Notes: generated by a model from the sequence alone, not told the origin. Counted from the first letter of the stretch, positions 30,829 through 43,085 are shown. The stretch is 64,000 bases of DNA from an uncultured delta proteobacterium (GCA_963826785.1 CAWGYD010000006.1:672001-736000); one strand, 5' to 3'. Program-made: numbers and translations.

Positions 30829-32856
30829 TTACCGGTCCACTGACATCCGGATGGCTTGAAGGAGTTCAACTGAAGGGGCGGCTTTGTAGACATAGGAACT
30901 GGCACCGGCACGTATCATTTTTTCTTTAATGGAAGGATCATCATGCATGCTCAAGCCGATGATGCAGGTGCGGGGGTGTTTCTTTAAAATCTCTTTAGTG
31001 GCGGCAATGCCATCCATTTCGGGCATGGTGATATCCATCAGGATCACATCCGGGGCGGTCTGGTCGGCCATTTGAATTGCCTCAAGCCCGTTTTCAGCCT
31101 GGGCCACCACCTCCAGATCAGGCTGATTCCGCAAAATGCCGGTCAGCCCCTCGCGCATGACGGCATGATCATCGGCCAGGAGAATACGGATTTTGCTGTT
31201 GCTGACGAAATCGTCCTTTTCGAATTTATTTTTCTCCAGCGCTTCTGGCCAATTTTTAGTCAGCCGTTTTTGGGAAGGATGGGGAATGTTGGGGACCTCG
31301 ATATTGATACGGCACCCGGCGCCCGGGGCGGATTCGATCTTGAAAGAACCTCCCATAAATTGAATCCGCTCCTCTATGGTGAACAAACCGTACCCGGCCC
31401 GATACTCTCGCCGCCGGCGTCGGAACTTGTCCATATCAAATCCCTTTCCGTGGTCGCTGACCGAAATTTGGATACAGCCGTTTTCAGACTTTATCCGAAG
31501 CTCAGCCCGATCCGTGTCAGCGTGTTTGACGATGTTAAAGAGCAATTCCCGGACAGAGCGGAACAGTGCGGCAGCGAGTTTGGGCGAATCGGGCTCTGCT
31601 TCCGGATCGACATGCAGCTCCACTTTCAGGCCGTAGCGTTCTTCTTTGCTTCGGGCCAGCCAATCCAAGGCTGACAGCAGACCGTTTTGCTGCAAGACCG
31701 GCGGGAAAAGCTCATGGGACAGGTTCCGGCATTTCTGAATGCTCTCATCAAGGAGGGACTCCACTGAGGCGACCCTTTCAGCGGTTCCCGGATCATTGAT
31801 TCCATCAGGAAACAGTCCGTCCAGCCGGAAACGGATGGCAGCCAAATACTGCTGGAGATCGTCGTGAAGGATATTGGCGATGCGGCGGCGCTCCAGGTCT
31901 TCCGCGCCGGAGAGTTCCAGGGCCAGCTGCCGCAGGGCCTCGGCCCGATGCTCCGCCTCGGCGGTGCGCTCGGCCACCTGCTGTTCAAGACGCTCGTTGA
32001 ATTTTTGCATTTCCTCCTCAGCCTGCTTACGAACGGTGATATCAGTAGAAATGCCGCCTACCGCATATATCCGCCCCTGCGCGTCGCGAAGTGGGAACTT
32101 CGTCGTCAACCACGTAATTGAGCGGTCCTTGAGTTGACTGTATTCCTCAAATTCCAGTGATCTTCCCGTCTCGATCGCCTGATGATCATTTTCTTCATGC
32201 CAGTCTGCGTCATCCTTGGGCATGAATTCATGCCGTCTCTTGCCGATCATCTGCTCCGGCGTGGAGTTAAACAGATCTGCAAGAGCGGTATTAACCAACA
32301 GAAAACGCTCCTCCAGATCGAATGCGTAGATTATAGAGGTTGTGTTGTCGATGATGTTCTGGATCTGCCTGTGGGCTGCGACCAGTGCCTCTTCTGCCTG
32401 CTTGCGGGCATGGACATTCACATTGATCCCGACCCATTTCTTTATGGAACCGTCGGGATTTCGCAAGGGAGCGGCCCTCACGCTGGTCCATTGATAGCCT
32501 CCATCCGCCTTGCGAAGACGAAATACTTCATGAAAGGGTGTGGCATTGGAAACCGCTTCATGCCATTTACGGCCTGCGAATTCCCGATCTTCGGGATGGA
32601 CTGCCTTCATCCAGCCGTCCGTCTCTAATAATTCTTGCAATTCTTGGCCGGTAAAGGTGCGCCAGCTTTCCGAATCCGAAACTGTCATCCCTCTTGGACT
32701 GGCTTCCCAGACTGCCATTGCCCAAGGTTCGACCAAAGCACGGAATTTATCAACTTCTTCCTGGTACGCCAGTTCCCTGGCCGCCATTTGCTTCCGCAAC
32801 TCATCTAATTCACGGATTAAATCTTGTTTGGATAGACTTTCGTACGGCTTCCTCAT
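30829..32856 (-). CDS. Hybrid sensor kinase PAS-PAS-HisKA_3-HATPase-REC
   Basis: Two PAS/PAC domains; ERRRIA..LHDDLQQ; N..KHA, D.GKGF and GYGL boxes; ILLADDH...DVILMD receiver. Confidence 0.9.
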   Translation of the reverse strand: MRKPYESLSKQDLIRELDELRKQMAARELAYQEEVDKFRALVEPWAMAVWEASPRGMTVSDSESWRTFTGQELQELLETDGWMKAVHPEDREFAGRKWHEAVSNATPFHEVFRLRKADGGYQWTSVRAAPLRNPDGSIKKWVGINVNVHARKQAEEALVAAHRQIQNIIDNTTSIIYAFDLEERFLLVNTALADLFNSTPEQMIGKRRHEFMPKDDADWHEENDHQAIETGRSLEFEEYSQLKDRSITWLTTKFPLRDAQGRIYAVGGISTDITVRKQAEEEMQKFNERLEQQVAERTAEAEHRAEALRQLALELSGAEDLERRRIANILHDDLQQYLAAIRFRLDGLFPDGINDPGTAERVASVESLLDESIQKCRNLSHELFPPVLQQNGLLSALDWLARSKEERYGLKVELHVDPEAEPDSPKLAAALFRSVRELLFNIVKHADTDRAELRIKSENGCIQISVSDHGKGFDMDKFRRRRREYRAGYGLFTIEERIQFMGGSFKIESAPGAGCRINIEVPNIPHPSQKRLTKNWPEALEKNKFEKDDFVSNSKIRILLADDHAVMREGLTGILRNQPDLEVVAQAENGLEAIQMADQTAPDVILMDITMPEMDGIAATKEILKKHPRTCIIGLSMHDDPSIKEKMIRAGASSYVYKAAPSVELLQAIRMSVDR

Positions 32857-33073
32857 AACCCACCCGGTCATCAGTGATCTGGTATTTGTGGCAAACAAGC
32901 CACAAGCTGCGATAATCAATATGATAACGATTATACTGGAAGTAAATATCGGGAAATTAATATAGAAGGGGAAAAAATGATTTGCAAGATTTATAATCAC
33001 TTATATTCAATTCAGCCTAAACCGAAAGACGGGAGAGGAAATAGCAGGAAACTTTGTTGTGCACGTGCAAGGA

Positions 33074-33179
33074 GTTGCCACCCGGATCAGTATTCCTATC
33101 GCATGTTCCCCATCAACAATGGGCTTGGCAATCTTCAGCCGGCGAACAACAGGATTACTGCCAAAGCATAGCCGCAATC
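33074..33179 (+). repeat. Array repeat R5
   Basis: GTTGCCA...CCCCATCAA...TTGGCAATCTTC...GGATTACTGCCAAAGCATAGCCG. Confidence 0.9.
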
Positions 33180-33258
33180 TGCAGCCGCCAAGTTGCATAT
33201 CCTTATGAGCCGAAAAAAGATTCATGCTTTCTACTCAAAGAAGGCGAAATACTAATAT

Positions 33259-33293
33259 AAACCGGGGCTGATTTGGTATCGTGCCCCGGTTTT
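33259..33293 (-). terminator. Hairpin terminator of the small exported peptide gene
   Basis: AAACCGGGGC...GCCCCGGTTT. Confidence 0.6.
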
Positions 33294-33313
33294 ACAAGTT
33301 TGATATTAATTTT

Positions 33314-33472
33314 CTATTTGCCTTGCGGACCTGGTGATGGCGGAGACGGAAATCCACTGCCATCAGGAATACCATCACCAGAATTTGGTGCAGGACCTCC
33401 TCCCGCGTAAACTGTTCCAACGGAAAAACCAATAAATGCCATCACAACGAGAATTAATGCCCACTTTTTCAT
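33314..33472 (-). CDS. Small exported Gly/Pro-rich peptide (52 aa)
   Basis: RBS GGAGG; signal peptide MKKWALIL...VYA; mature part GGGPAPNSGDGIPDGSGFPSPPSPGPQGK. Confidence 0.7.
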   Translation of the reverse strand: MKKWALILVVMAFIGFSVGTVYAGGGPAPNSGDGIPDGSGFPSPPSPGPQGK

Positions 33473-33548
33473 ATTGCCCTCCTTCCTTGTGATTGAAATA
33501 ATCAAAAATTATTTTTATGGGTTTTAATCCCCCAATATTTTAAATAGA

Positions 33549-33565
33549 TGCATAAAATTTGCCAA
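33549..33565 (-). promoter_or_regulatory. Putative sigma54 promoter
   Basis: TTGGCAAATTTTATGCA (GG-N10-GC) on the minus strand, upstream of the peptide gene. Confidence 0.5.
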
Positions 33566-33887
33566 ATTTAAACTCAACTTGCGATATTCGTACGGTTTAT
33601 CTCTATAGTTGGATTGATCGAAATACTTCATTGGTAAATTGGCTGGGAATCAGTTCCTGGAAGCGGATCTCGTGAACAAACCTAATATCCCATGCATATA
33701 TAGAAGGGCCGATGGGATCATAGTTAACGATAGTGAAATAAATGCGTATATAAAAATGAACTATTGTGAACTTTTGTATATATATAAATTCAAAATCCAG
33801 CATTTCGGTTTTTTTAAGATTTAAAATAAAAATATTAAAAAATAAGGAAATAAATAGTTAGATATAATGGACCTATAATCGTGATTA

Positions 33888-33903
33888 TGGCATATAAAAT
33901 GCT
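33888..33903 (+). promoter_or_regulatory. Putative sigma54 promoter
   Basis: TGGCATATAAAATGCT (GG-N10-GC), followed by the palindrome AATTTTGGAC...GTCCAAAATT at 33913-33942. Confidence 0.5.
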
Positions 33904-33985
33904 TCGAAAGAAAATTTTGGACTCCGATATGGGTCCAAAATTCAATTTGAACAAGCACTGAATTAGCATTTGAGGATCTAAGCGT

Positions 33986-34441
33986 TTGAACATTCAAAAT
34001 GTAATATCCAAACTAATTTGCATTTTGCTCCTCTTAGCCGTGTTGATGCAACCCTGTTCATGCGGCACATTGTTGTATCCCGAAAGACGCAATTCTAATC
34101 CGCATAACCGGATTCTCCCGGAAGGGCGCCAGATTGATCCAGCGGTAGCGATTATGGACGCTGCCTGCCTGGTCTTCTTTATCGTTCCAGGTTTAATTGC
34201 CTTTGCAGTCGATTTTGCCACGGGTGCGATTTACCTGCCACGAGGGAACCGAAGCGCTCTGATGCTCGATGATAATGAAAATATGGTTGTCTGCGTTGAT
34301 CCTCAAATATTGAATCCTGATGTAATTAAACAAATCATTCGCCAGAAGAAGGGTATTGATGTCGACTTCAAAGATAATCGGATGAAGGCCTACTTGGCCG
34401 AATCAGTTAATTATAATGTGATGTTATACCTAAAGATGTAA
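33986..34441 (+). CDS. Conserved hypothetical lipoprotein
   Basis: Signal peptide, CGTLLYPERR, LVFFIVPGLIAFAVDFATGAIYLP. Confidence 0.65.
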   Translation: MNIQNVISKLICILLLLAVLMQPCSCGTLLYPERRNSNPHNRILPEGRQIDPAVAIMDAACLVFFIVPGLIAFAVDFATGAIYLPRGNRSALMLDDNENMVVCVDPQILNPDVIKQIIRQKKGIDVDFKDNRMKAYLAESVNYNVMLYLKM

Positions 34442-34562
34442 TGCGGTTTACGCTTTTAATCTTATTCCCTTCTTGGATTTCTCTGAATAATACAACAATT
34501 ATTCTCACCTTAATTCCGCCTGTAACAAGTTCATTAGAGGCCATTTTCACTGATATAACTAA

Positions 34563-36099
34563 CCCTACAACGCTCTTCGCTAAGATAAAACTTGATCAAA
34601 GTCCTTTTTTTGGGGCATATTACATGATAAAACCCCTAAAAGAGGAGGTGCCCCATGCTGCCCGACATGCGACAATCGGATTATCTCTACCCAGTGCCAA
34701 AATTTGATCTCAATCAGGACGATGTCAATCAGTTTACAAATGAATTAAAAGGCTTCCATGAACAATTCGATGACTGTTTTTTCAGGTCAGAGTCAAGAGA
34801 TAATTTTTTTCGGTACATCGCCCGCCAGTTCAGCCAAATAGAGCGAAAATCAATTGAGCCGATCGCCATTGCCATGGAAGGCGGGAAGGTTCGCGCAATG
34901 CAACGCTTTGTCAGTGATGCGCCCTGGGATGATAAAAAATTGATATCTAAGTATCAAATTATGGACGATTTGGGTCATCCGGACAACGATAATGATTTTC
35001 GATGAATCCGGGTTCATCAAAAAAGGTGATGACAGCATTGGCGTCGGCAGGCAATATTGCGGAACCGTCGGCAAAGTCAACAATTGCCAAGTCGGCGTTT
35101 TTGCGGCCTATGCTTCACCATACGGCTATGGGTTGATAGACAAGCAATTATATATTCCACAGCATTGGTTTGACGATGATCACGAAGAGCGAAAGAAATA
35201 AATGCAGACTGCCGGAAAATGTTATATTCCAAACCAAGCCGCACCTGGCTGCCGGCATGCTCAAGCATCTCTATGATGAAAAGACCATTCCTTTCGCTAT
35301 GTGCTGGGCGATTCGGTATCAGGGACAAGTGCGGAATTTATTGCTACAATCGAAAGCATGGTGGGAATGACCTATTTGGTGCAGGTCCCCGAAGATACAT
35401 TATGTTGGGCAAAGCGACCGATCACAATCACAAAAAGTTATTGTTACGGCGGCAAAAAGCAGACGAAGCGTATTCTGTCTGACACATCCGGCGATCCAAT
35501 TAAATTCGAAACATTGGCTTCCGGGATTCATAATTATTTTTGGTATCGGCGCAAAGTGTCGGAGGGAACCAAGGGGCCGATCGAATATGAATTTATGAGA
35601 CGTCGTGTGGTTTTGTCCAACAGAGGGCTTCCGGAAAAGGAAATTTGGTTGTTGGTAAGAAAAATGATGGGCGAGAATTTGCGAAATCTGCTATTATATT
35701 AGCAATGGTTCACAAAGCGTGAAAATGAGCACCTTGATCTGGCTGCGCGGTTTACGCTGGGCCATTGAGCAGTGTGTAGAAAATCCGAAACAAGAGTCCG
35801 GGGATCGACCATTATGAAGTTCGTAAATTTCCTGGATGGCACCATCATATGCTCACATGCATGCTGGCCCATTTATTTATTTTGGCACCTGAAAATCAGG
35901 TTGGGGAAAAAAAAGCACCGTCGCTTACTCTATCGCAGCTTAAGATTTTATTGAACGTACTGCTGCCGTTTAGGATATTTGGCCTTGCTGAATCCATCGA
36001 CCTGGCTCGCTGGATTCAGCGTAAAAATCATAAAGCCTATCTGTCCCACCAGAAACGGAAGCTGATGAGGCAGAATGATAAGTAAGATGTCGTTGTAGG
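34563..36099 (+). mobile_element. IS701-family insertion sequence with frameshifted transposase (34655-36085)
   Basis: RKSIEPIA, FDESGF.KKG..S.GV.RQYCG..GK..NCQ.GVF and RWAIEQ motifs; IRs CCTACAACG / CGTTGTAGG; CTAA on both sides (possible TSD). Confidence 0.85.
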
Positions 36100-36103
36100 C
36101 TAA

Positions 36104-36501
36104 GTGAAGACCTATTCACTGATTCTGGTCCTGATTGCCGCCATAATCCCCAATGTAATTGGTTGCGCTCATGTTGATAAAAGAACGAAACCAATTGTTT
36201 ATCATGGAAAAGCTTCATATTATGGCGACTGGCATCAAGGGAAAATAACGGCCAATGGAGAAGTTTTTAACAAGAACAAACTCACCTGCGCCAATAAAAA
36301 AGTGCCTTTTGAAACATATGCCGGGTTACGAATAACTCGAACGACAGAAGTGTCATCGTCAGAGTAAATGACGGGGCCATATATCCGGGGCGGAGAGTGG
36401 ATCTATAATACAGAGCGATGAAGGATTTAGGGGGAGTCAAAGATGGCGTAATAGACGTCCGGGTTGAAATAATTGAGCTTGGTTCATGCATCCACCCATA
36501 G
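36104..36501 (+). pseudogene. RlpA-like septal ring lytic transglycosylase lipoprotein (frameshifted)
   Basis: GKASYYG..HQGKITANGE.F, then VRVNDGA..PGRRVDL in another frame. Confidence 0.75.
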
Positions 36502-36607
36502 AAGAAAAAAGAGAGCAGAATTTATCGAAATACTATCGAGGCCATTTCTGATCGCACCATCCTTTTTTGGCAGAATCTATTAAATAAATTGAAAAAAGCT
36601 GTTTGAA

Positions 36608-36715
36608 TTGGACCCAAACAATGCAATTTTCTCCCTGCCTTTTCTGTCCAGTAAAATATGGATCTGGCAATCCTCAGCAGGTCAACTTTCGCATTGCTGG
36701 CAGTCACACTTTGTG
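36608..36715 (+). repeat. Array repeat R6 (ends degenerate)
   Basis: GGATCTGGCAATCCTCAGCAGGTCAACTTTCGCATTGCTGGCAG. Confidence 0.75.
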
Positions 36716-36858
36716 CAATGGGACGATCATGAAAGAAATGTTTATTGCGAGGCAAAAAAGTGCTATCAAAAAAGTGCTTGACTCGTCTATCCGTTCATAC
36801 TTCAGCATGCTCTTGAAAAATACCAATTCTCTTTACAAAATAGAGAAAGGAGCATGCC

Positions 36859-37330
36859 ATGAGTAATGAAAATGCAACACGTGTTGTACAAACCTATGAT
36901 TTCGTATTAAATGCGGGGGCTGAAAACAGATATTTCCACTCCTATGTCCCACCCGGGAATACAAATCAATTAAAACTGGCGCTGCGATCTGATTTACACC
37001 GATTCAGGCGGTGCCGAAAATAATTAACGTTCCGTACGGCTTTCGAAGGGGAAGGCGAACTGATCTGGATCGTAAGCCGTTATGAACCGGACAAGGCAAT
37101 AGAGTTCGTCATTGTCGGCAGCGGCTTGACCTGAACTCGATCCTCGCCTGCTCAGAGAATGGAAACAGCCGCAGCCCGGGTGACACATACGATATAGGAT
37201 TAAAAAATGACGCGGGAAATGCCCTGGTGAAACTCCTGCCTGCGGATTTTACGGAAAATCGCTGGCGGGGGCTGGAAAAAGCTTTGGCATTATCTTCAAA
37301 CCGGCCGGATGCTCTCGACGGGAAAATAAC
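36859..37330 (+). pseudogene. SRPBCC-like conserved hypothetical protein (multiply frameshifted)
   Basis: RBS AGGAG; FPLLCPTREY motif; W.VSRYEP segment. Confidence 0.45.
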
Positions 37331-37332
37331 CT

Positions 37333-37886
37333 GTGTATACCATCAGTGAACTTGCCCAAAAATGGGGTCTATCGCGAAGCACCTTGCTTTATTATGAGCG
37401 GTTCGGGTTGCTGGTCGCTTCCATCCGCGAGCGGAATAATTATCGCTGCTATACAGAAAAAGATGCTGCGGTGCTTGAAAAGATCCGCACTTATCGGCAG
37501 GCCGGCCTGAAACTCTGCCGATATCCGGAGGAATTCGATCGGAAAAGCCGGGCTTTCCAGAACTTCTGGAAAAACGCATATCCGAACTGAACAGCGAAGT
37601 CGCTTTACTGCGGGATCAGCAGCGCTTCATCATCTCCTTGCTGAAGCAGCCGGAAATCTTCTCGGAACCACCCGGACGGCATGGGCCAGGACACTGGATT
37701 GGATTAATGAGAAAGGCAGGATTCAGTGATGCAGACATGCTGCGCTGGCACTCCGAATTCGAAAGAAAAACCCCGGACGATCACCAGCAATTTCTGGAAC
37801 GGCTCGGATTATCCTCGAATGAAATCTCCGCGATTCGGATATGGTCCCAATCGGATTCAACTGCGGGTGACAATTCTGGCCCATAA
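37333..37886 (+). pseudogene. MerR-family regulator (frameshifted)
   Basis: YTISELA...GLSRSTLLYYER.GLL; C-terminal W..LMRKAGFSDADM.RWH.EFE. Confidence 0.8.
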
Positions 37887-37918
37887 CACCAAGTAGCCTG
37901 AGCAATAATATTTGATCT

Positions 37919-38022
37919 CTTGTTTACAATTCTGTTCCATCCGCATTTTATCCCCATGAACGTCGGAATTGACAATCCTCGGCATTTCAATGACACATTC
38001 CTGCCAGTCTAAAGCCGCAGTG
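37919..38022 (+). repeat. Array repeat R7
   Basis: CCCCATGAAC...TTGACAATCCTC...CATTCCTGCCAGTCTAAAGCCGCAGTG. Confidence 0.8.
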
Positions 38023-38170
38023 CTGGCTGGGATATGTATTCAACATATTATTTCTTTTGACAATCACCCCAAAATCTCCCATCCTTTTGTCTGTAGCCTC
38101 TGTAACCTCTGTAGCCTATTAAATAAATGACCTAAATCGCAAAAACTAAATATTTAAAAAGGAGGGGAAA

Positions 38171-38981
38171 ATGAAACTTGAGGTCATTTCAAACTCACCA
38201 GCCACGCCGTGCAAATCTCCACCAATTCTTTTGATACATGGAGCTTGGCACGGAGGGTGGTGCTGGAAAGACAATTTCCTGGATTTTTCGCTGAGAAAGG
38301 CTGGGAAACCCATGCAATGAGTCTCAGAGGCCATGGCCAGAGTGAAGGAGTGAAAAAATTCGCGGGCGGTCTATTGCTGATTATGTTGCGGATGTCAGGA
38401 AAGTCGTCGATAGCTTGAGATGTGAACCTATAATCATCGGCCATTCCATGGGTGGATTTGTAACTCAAAAATATCTGGAAAAGTATTCGGCAGTCGCTGC
38501 GATTCTATTGGCTTCTGTTCCGACCTCCGGGACATTCAAATTCAACATTCGTGTCATAAGACGGCATCCTTTGCTTTGGCTTAAAGCCAACTTAATAATG
38601 AAGCTTTACCCTATTGTGAAGAATCCAATCCACGCCCGAGAGTGGTTCTTCTCCGACTGCATTTCAGATGAGGATTTGGCCAACCACCATTCTCAATTGC
38701 AGGACGAATCATTCCGTTGTGCATTGGACATGCTTATGCTCAATCTCCCAAAACCTCAGTTGATAAAGACGCCAATTGCAGTTTTGGGTGCCGAAAATGA
38801 TGCAATCTTTTCGGTTGAGGAAGTCCAGAAAACAGCTCGGGCTTATGGAGTAGAAGCAAAAATTTTTCCAAATATGGCGCATAACATGATGTCGGAGCCA
38901 GATTGGAAAGATGTTGCAGAATGGATTGCCTGTTGGATTGAATCGATTCCCCTTGAAACGATTTCATCCGAGGTGAGTTAG
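38171..38981 (+). pseudogene. Alpha/beta hydrolase (frameshifted near the 5' end)
   Basis: IHGAWHGGWCW, SLRGHGQS, GHSMGG, catalytic D and H (AHNMM). Confidence 0.85.
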
Positions 38982-39076
38982 TCACAGTATTCCCCTCTTT
39001 TACACCCCATGAAACTTGAACATGGCAATCCTCAGATGGCTAATTTCCGGATTACTGCCAAAGCATAGCCGTAGTG
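38975..39076 (+). repeat. Array repeat R8
   Basis: CCCCATGAAACTTGAACATGGCAATCCTC...GGATTACTGCCAAAGCATAGCCGTAGTG. Confidence 0.9.
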
Positions 39077-39098
39077 CGCTTTTGGAAAACTGCAAAAT

Positions 39099-40442
39099 TC
39101 AATTTTGGCTAAACACGATTTTTCCGCCTTTGACAACGGTTGCAATATTTTTCGAAGCTGCGATATCCGATAGCGGGTCGCCATCAATTATTGTAAAATC
39201 GGCATATTTACCAGGCTCAATGGTGCCGACGTCATCGGCCATGCCAATAATTTTTGCATTCACCGCGGTTGCTGCCTTCAGGGCTTCGGCGCAGGTAAAT
39301 CCCGCCTGAGTCAAGGCCTTCAACTCTTTCCAGTAACTGCCAAAAAAGCTAAGCCCCGTTCCGCAGCAGTCGGTTCCCACACCCACATTGCCGCCAACCT
39401 TTTTTATCTTCTCAACATTCTTTAACGTGATGGGATATGAGCGTTTAAAAAACTCGCTATCAGGGTAAAATTTTTTTCCATAATCAGGGGGCGGGTAAGG
39501 TGTTTTCAAGAGTTCAGTGACGCCGGAAATGGATTGTTTCAGAGGCTCAGGGAGCATATCTTCTTTTCCCATGGTTTTTAGATACGCTAAAATGTCTTCA
39601 ATCTCGTAAAAATCGGACAGAACTTTAAGCGTAGGTACGATTGCCATATTATTTTTGACGAAACCCTCTATATCGGCCTCAGACAATTCGTCCGTAGCAC
39701 AGTGTTCCAGGGTATTGACCCCCAAAGCGGCCCCTTTCAGGAAGCCTTCACGTTCAAAATGGTGCAGGGCAACCTTTTTGCCCCGCGCCCGTCCCGCTCG
39801 GACAAGGGCTTCAAAACAGGCATCGGAAAGATTAGGTAACTTTCCGTGAAAGAGAAATGAATTTGCCGTAAATTGCGATTGAAAAATCGCACCCATATCC
39901 ATCAGACGGTTGGCTGTTGCCGTTACTTGCTCCGGCGTATTTGGGCGTTCAGCAAACTGTCCTCCTGTGATGAGCGCCTGGACTGGACCGGCCCTGCGCC
40001 ATTTCCGGGACCCCCCCGGGCAGGTGATAAACAAAAGGGAGGTGAGAATCCGTGGTCCATGGCCTACCCCCCATCAATGAGGTCCCGCCATTTTAAAATC
40101 TTTTTCGGAAAAGATGCCACATCTCGAATGGTCGTGACACCATATTTGACGCAGTTTTTGAAATTTTTCGCAAGTTGACGGTTCATCTGGAGAAGCCCCG
40201 GAAGCGTCACTCTCATGATAAAAGGAACTGCGGTAGTGTATGCGGGCGTCGATAAACCCAGGTAGCAGGGGTTTCCCTATGAGATCGATTTTTTGATAGT
40301 TTGATATTGATCGCATGGATTCGGCGTCCTCGATTGCTTCAATGCGTTCTCCAACCACAACAATGATCTTGTTTTCCGTCAGAGCATCGGAGATGCCGTC
40401 AAAAAGATTCAGATTATGAAAAAGCGTTCTTTGCATCGACAT
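39099..40442 (-). pseudogene. Metal-dependent amidohydrolase (frameshifted)
   Basis: LLPGFID, GVTTIRD, LEH, GTD, G.IEPGKYADF...DGDPL motifs; RBS AGGAGG. Confidence 0.85.
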
Positions 40443-40579
40443 ACACCTCCTTGGTAAAAGATTTAAAGAATCATTCGAATGGTTGCATGGCGGCAGAGGG
40501 TCACCTTTCCGAGTAAAAGTCACCGCATTCCTCCAGAACACAAATGAAATTTGTGGTTAGCCCTGTCTGCCCTCCGCAT

Positions 40580-40684
40580 TACGGTGAACCTTACAGCAAT
40601 CCTGCAGATCCCGCCCAGTAAACCATTGATCGGCAATCCTCCACACTCCGATAATGGCATTACTGCTGGGTCATAGCCGAGTCC
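40580..40684 (+). repeat. Array repeat R9
   Basis: GCAATCCTGC...TTGATCGGCAATCCTC...GCATTACTGCTGGGTCATAGCCG. Confidence 0.85.
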
Positions 40685-40859
40685 TTTACCTGTTTGTATG
40701 TGAATTTCGTGAACCGTTTGAGGATCGATTCCCTCATAGAATTGATCCTTTTATTCCATAATCATTTCATAATCATTTCTTGACACTATAACGCTTCCAG
40801 ATACATAATAAATATTCCTTAGAGCATCTATACCGAAAACAATAAAAGAGGTGCCCATC

Positions 40860-43027
40860 ATGAAAAAGCTTTTTTTGATATTAGCAATAATGAGTTTTAT
40901 GGTCTTTGGCGTTTTCTATTAATAGTTTTGGCCAGGATTTTTTTGTAAAAAGCCAAACACAGCTTCTGCTGGGCATAAATGGGCAGCAGATGAAATCATC
41001 GTCAAGTTTAAACCTGGAGTTGGCAAGCAGGCCATAGACAGAATAAATCAGGGACACGGGGCCTCTGTCATCTCGACCAGTCGATTTGCCGGGATTCAAG
41101 CGGCGGGATTCCTGCACGAAAAGCCGTCAGTGAAATGGTCGAAATATACAAGAAAAATCCAAATGTGGAAAATATGCAGAGCCGAACTTTATTGCCTATG
41201 CATTTATGGCTCCCGGAGATCCTTTATATTCAATATCAAACTGGAATGTCGCAGATCAATATGGAACCGGCATGGGATATCGCTACAGGAACGGGGGTGA
41301 CGGTGGCGGTGATCGATACCGGTGTCGCCTATGAAGACTATCAGGAGGCGGGCGTGCCGATCGGCAGCAGTGGAAAGACCAAACCCGGCGCAACCTTTGC
41401 CCAGCCCCGGATCTGAATTATTGTCTCAATTTACTCAAGGCTATGATTTCGTCAATGAAGATACCCATCCCAATGACGATGAAGGCCACGGCACCCATGT
41501 GACAGGAACCATCGCCCAGAGTAAAACAATGGTTACGGGGTGGCCGGGGTGGTTTTTCGGCAAACATCATGCCCGATCAAAAGTTTTGGACAGCAGTGGC
41601 TCCGGGACTTATGCCGATATCGCGGAAGGCATCGATATGCGGCGACATGGCGCCGGGTCATCAATATGAGCCTGGGCGGAGTTCCGGATCAATTACCCTG
41701 GAACAGGCCGTTGCTTACGCCCATGGCAAAAATGTTGTAATTGTCTGCGCATCCGGAAATGACGGCTCTCAACCTCAGTCAGCTATCCGGCGGCTTACGA
41801 TGCCTACTGCATCGCCGTCGGTGCGACCCGATATGATGGCGCTAAGGCCTATATTCCGAACGGGGGTGCGTCTGGACCTGATGGCGCCGGGCGGTGAATC
41901 AACGTCGATCAGAACTATGACGGAAATCCGGATGGCATCGTCCAGGAAACCTTTGGCACCGATTATCAAACTTTTGGTTTCTACCTCTATCAGGGGACTT
42001 CCATGGCCGCACCCCATGTCAGCGGAGCAGCGGCCTTATTATTCCCCATAGTCCCAATATGACGGCGGATGAAGTCAGGGAAGCATTGCAGTCGACTGCA
42101 ACGGATAAAAGGGAGCGCGGGGTTGGTATCCGGTATATGGATATGGAATCATCAATGTCCATGCCGCCTTGAATTACAATGCGACCCCGAACAATGCCGC
42201 CGGTGGCGGATGCCGGAGGTCCTTATTACAGGAAGGAGTGCGGCCATTTCGTTCGATGGCTCAGGTTCTTCAGACCCGGACGACGACACCTTGACTTACA
42301 GATGGGATTTTGGCGATGGTGCAACGGGTTCGGGGGGTTTCAATCCGGCCCATGCATACGCTGCTGGCGACGATTCCGGTTACACTGATTGTAAACGATG
42401 AAAACAAGTACTCCATTCATCTACCATGGCGAAAATAACGGAAATCAATGACCCACCGGTGGCGGATGCGGGCCCGGACCAGACCGCTTGTGGGTGCCAC
42501 CGTGACCTTTAATGGATCAAACTCCTATGATATCGATGATGGCATTGTCCTTTATGAATGGAATTTTGGGGATGGCAAAACCGGCATGGCATGACCGCAT
42601 CGCACACTTATCCTGCTGCCGGTCGCCTCCGCATTCTTGACGGTAATTAACGCTTGGCGCAACAGATACAGATGAGGTCGTCATCACCGTAACTGAACAA
42701 TCCGCTTCGATGTTCTATATCAAAAACATTGAAGTCACTATGAATCAGGATGCCGGCAAAAACACATTTGTCAAAGCGGTGGCAAACGTCACGGTTCACT
42801 GATGGTGCCGGCGCCCCTCGGTAGCACGACAGTCTATGGGGCTTAAAGCGGGGCAGCTTGACCAGCAGTTCCGAGTCACGGGTGCAGATGGAAAGGTTAC
42901 AGTTCAGTCGGATGAAGTCAAAAAGTGTTAAAAAAGGATCAACCTTTACCTTCACAGTGAACGACCTGGAGGGTCGAGTTGTGCCCCTGATACGAACAAT
43001 GAAACAAGTGATTCAGTAACCTATTAA
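40860..43027 (+). pseudogene. Secreted S8 subtilase with PKD domains (many frameshifts)
   Basis: VAVIDTG, HGTHVTG, GTSMAAPHV triad motifs; FDGSGSSDPD and WDFGDG PKD motifs. Confidence 0.85.
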
Positions 43028-43047
43028 CAAATTCAGTTCTCTTCAAT

Positions 43048-43085
43048 AAAAACCGCTGGGGTTGTCTGCACCTCAGCGGTTTTTA
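43048..43085 (+). terminator. Rho-independent terminator
   Basis: AAAAACCGCTG...CAGCGGTTTTT. Confidence 0.75.

Noticed and set aside
38091..38117. 9-bp tandem CTGTAGCCT/CTGTAACCT x3 upstream of the hydrolase
   Set aside because: Too short to assign; possibly an operator or slippage product.
39016..39309. ORF MNMAILRWLISGLLPKHSRS... and similar short ORFs crossing repeats
   Set aside because: They are translations of the repeat or antisense to real genes; the frame is not preserved among copies.
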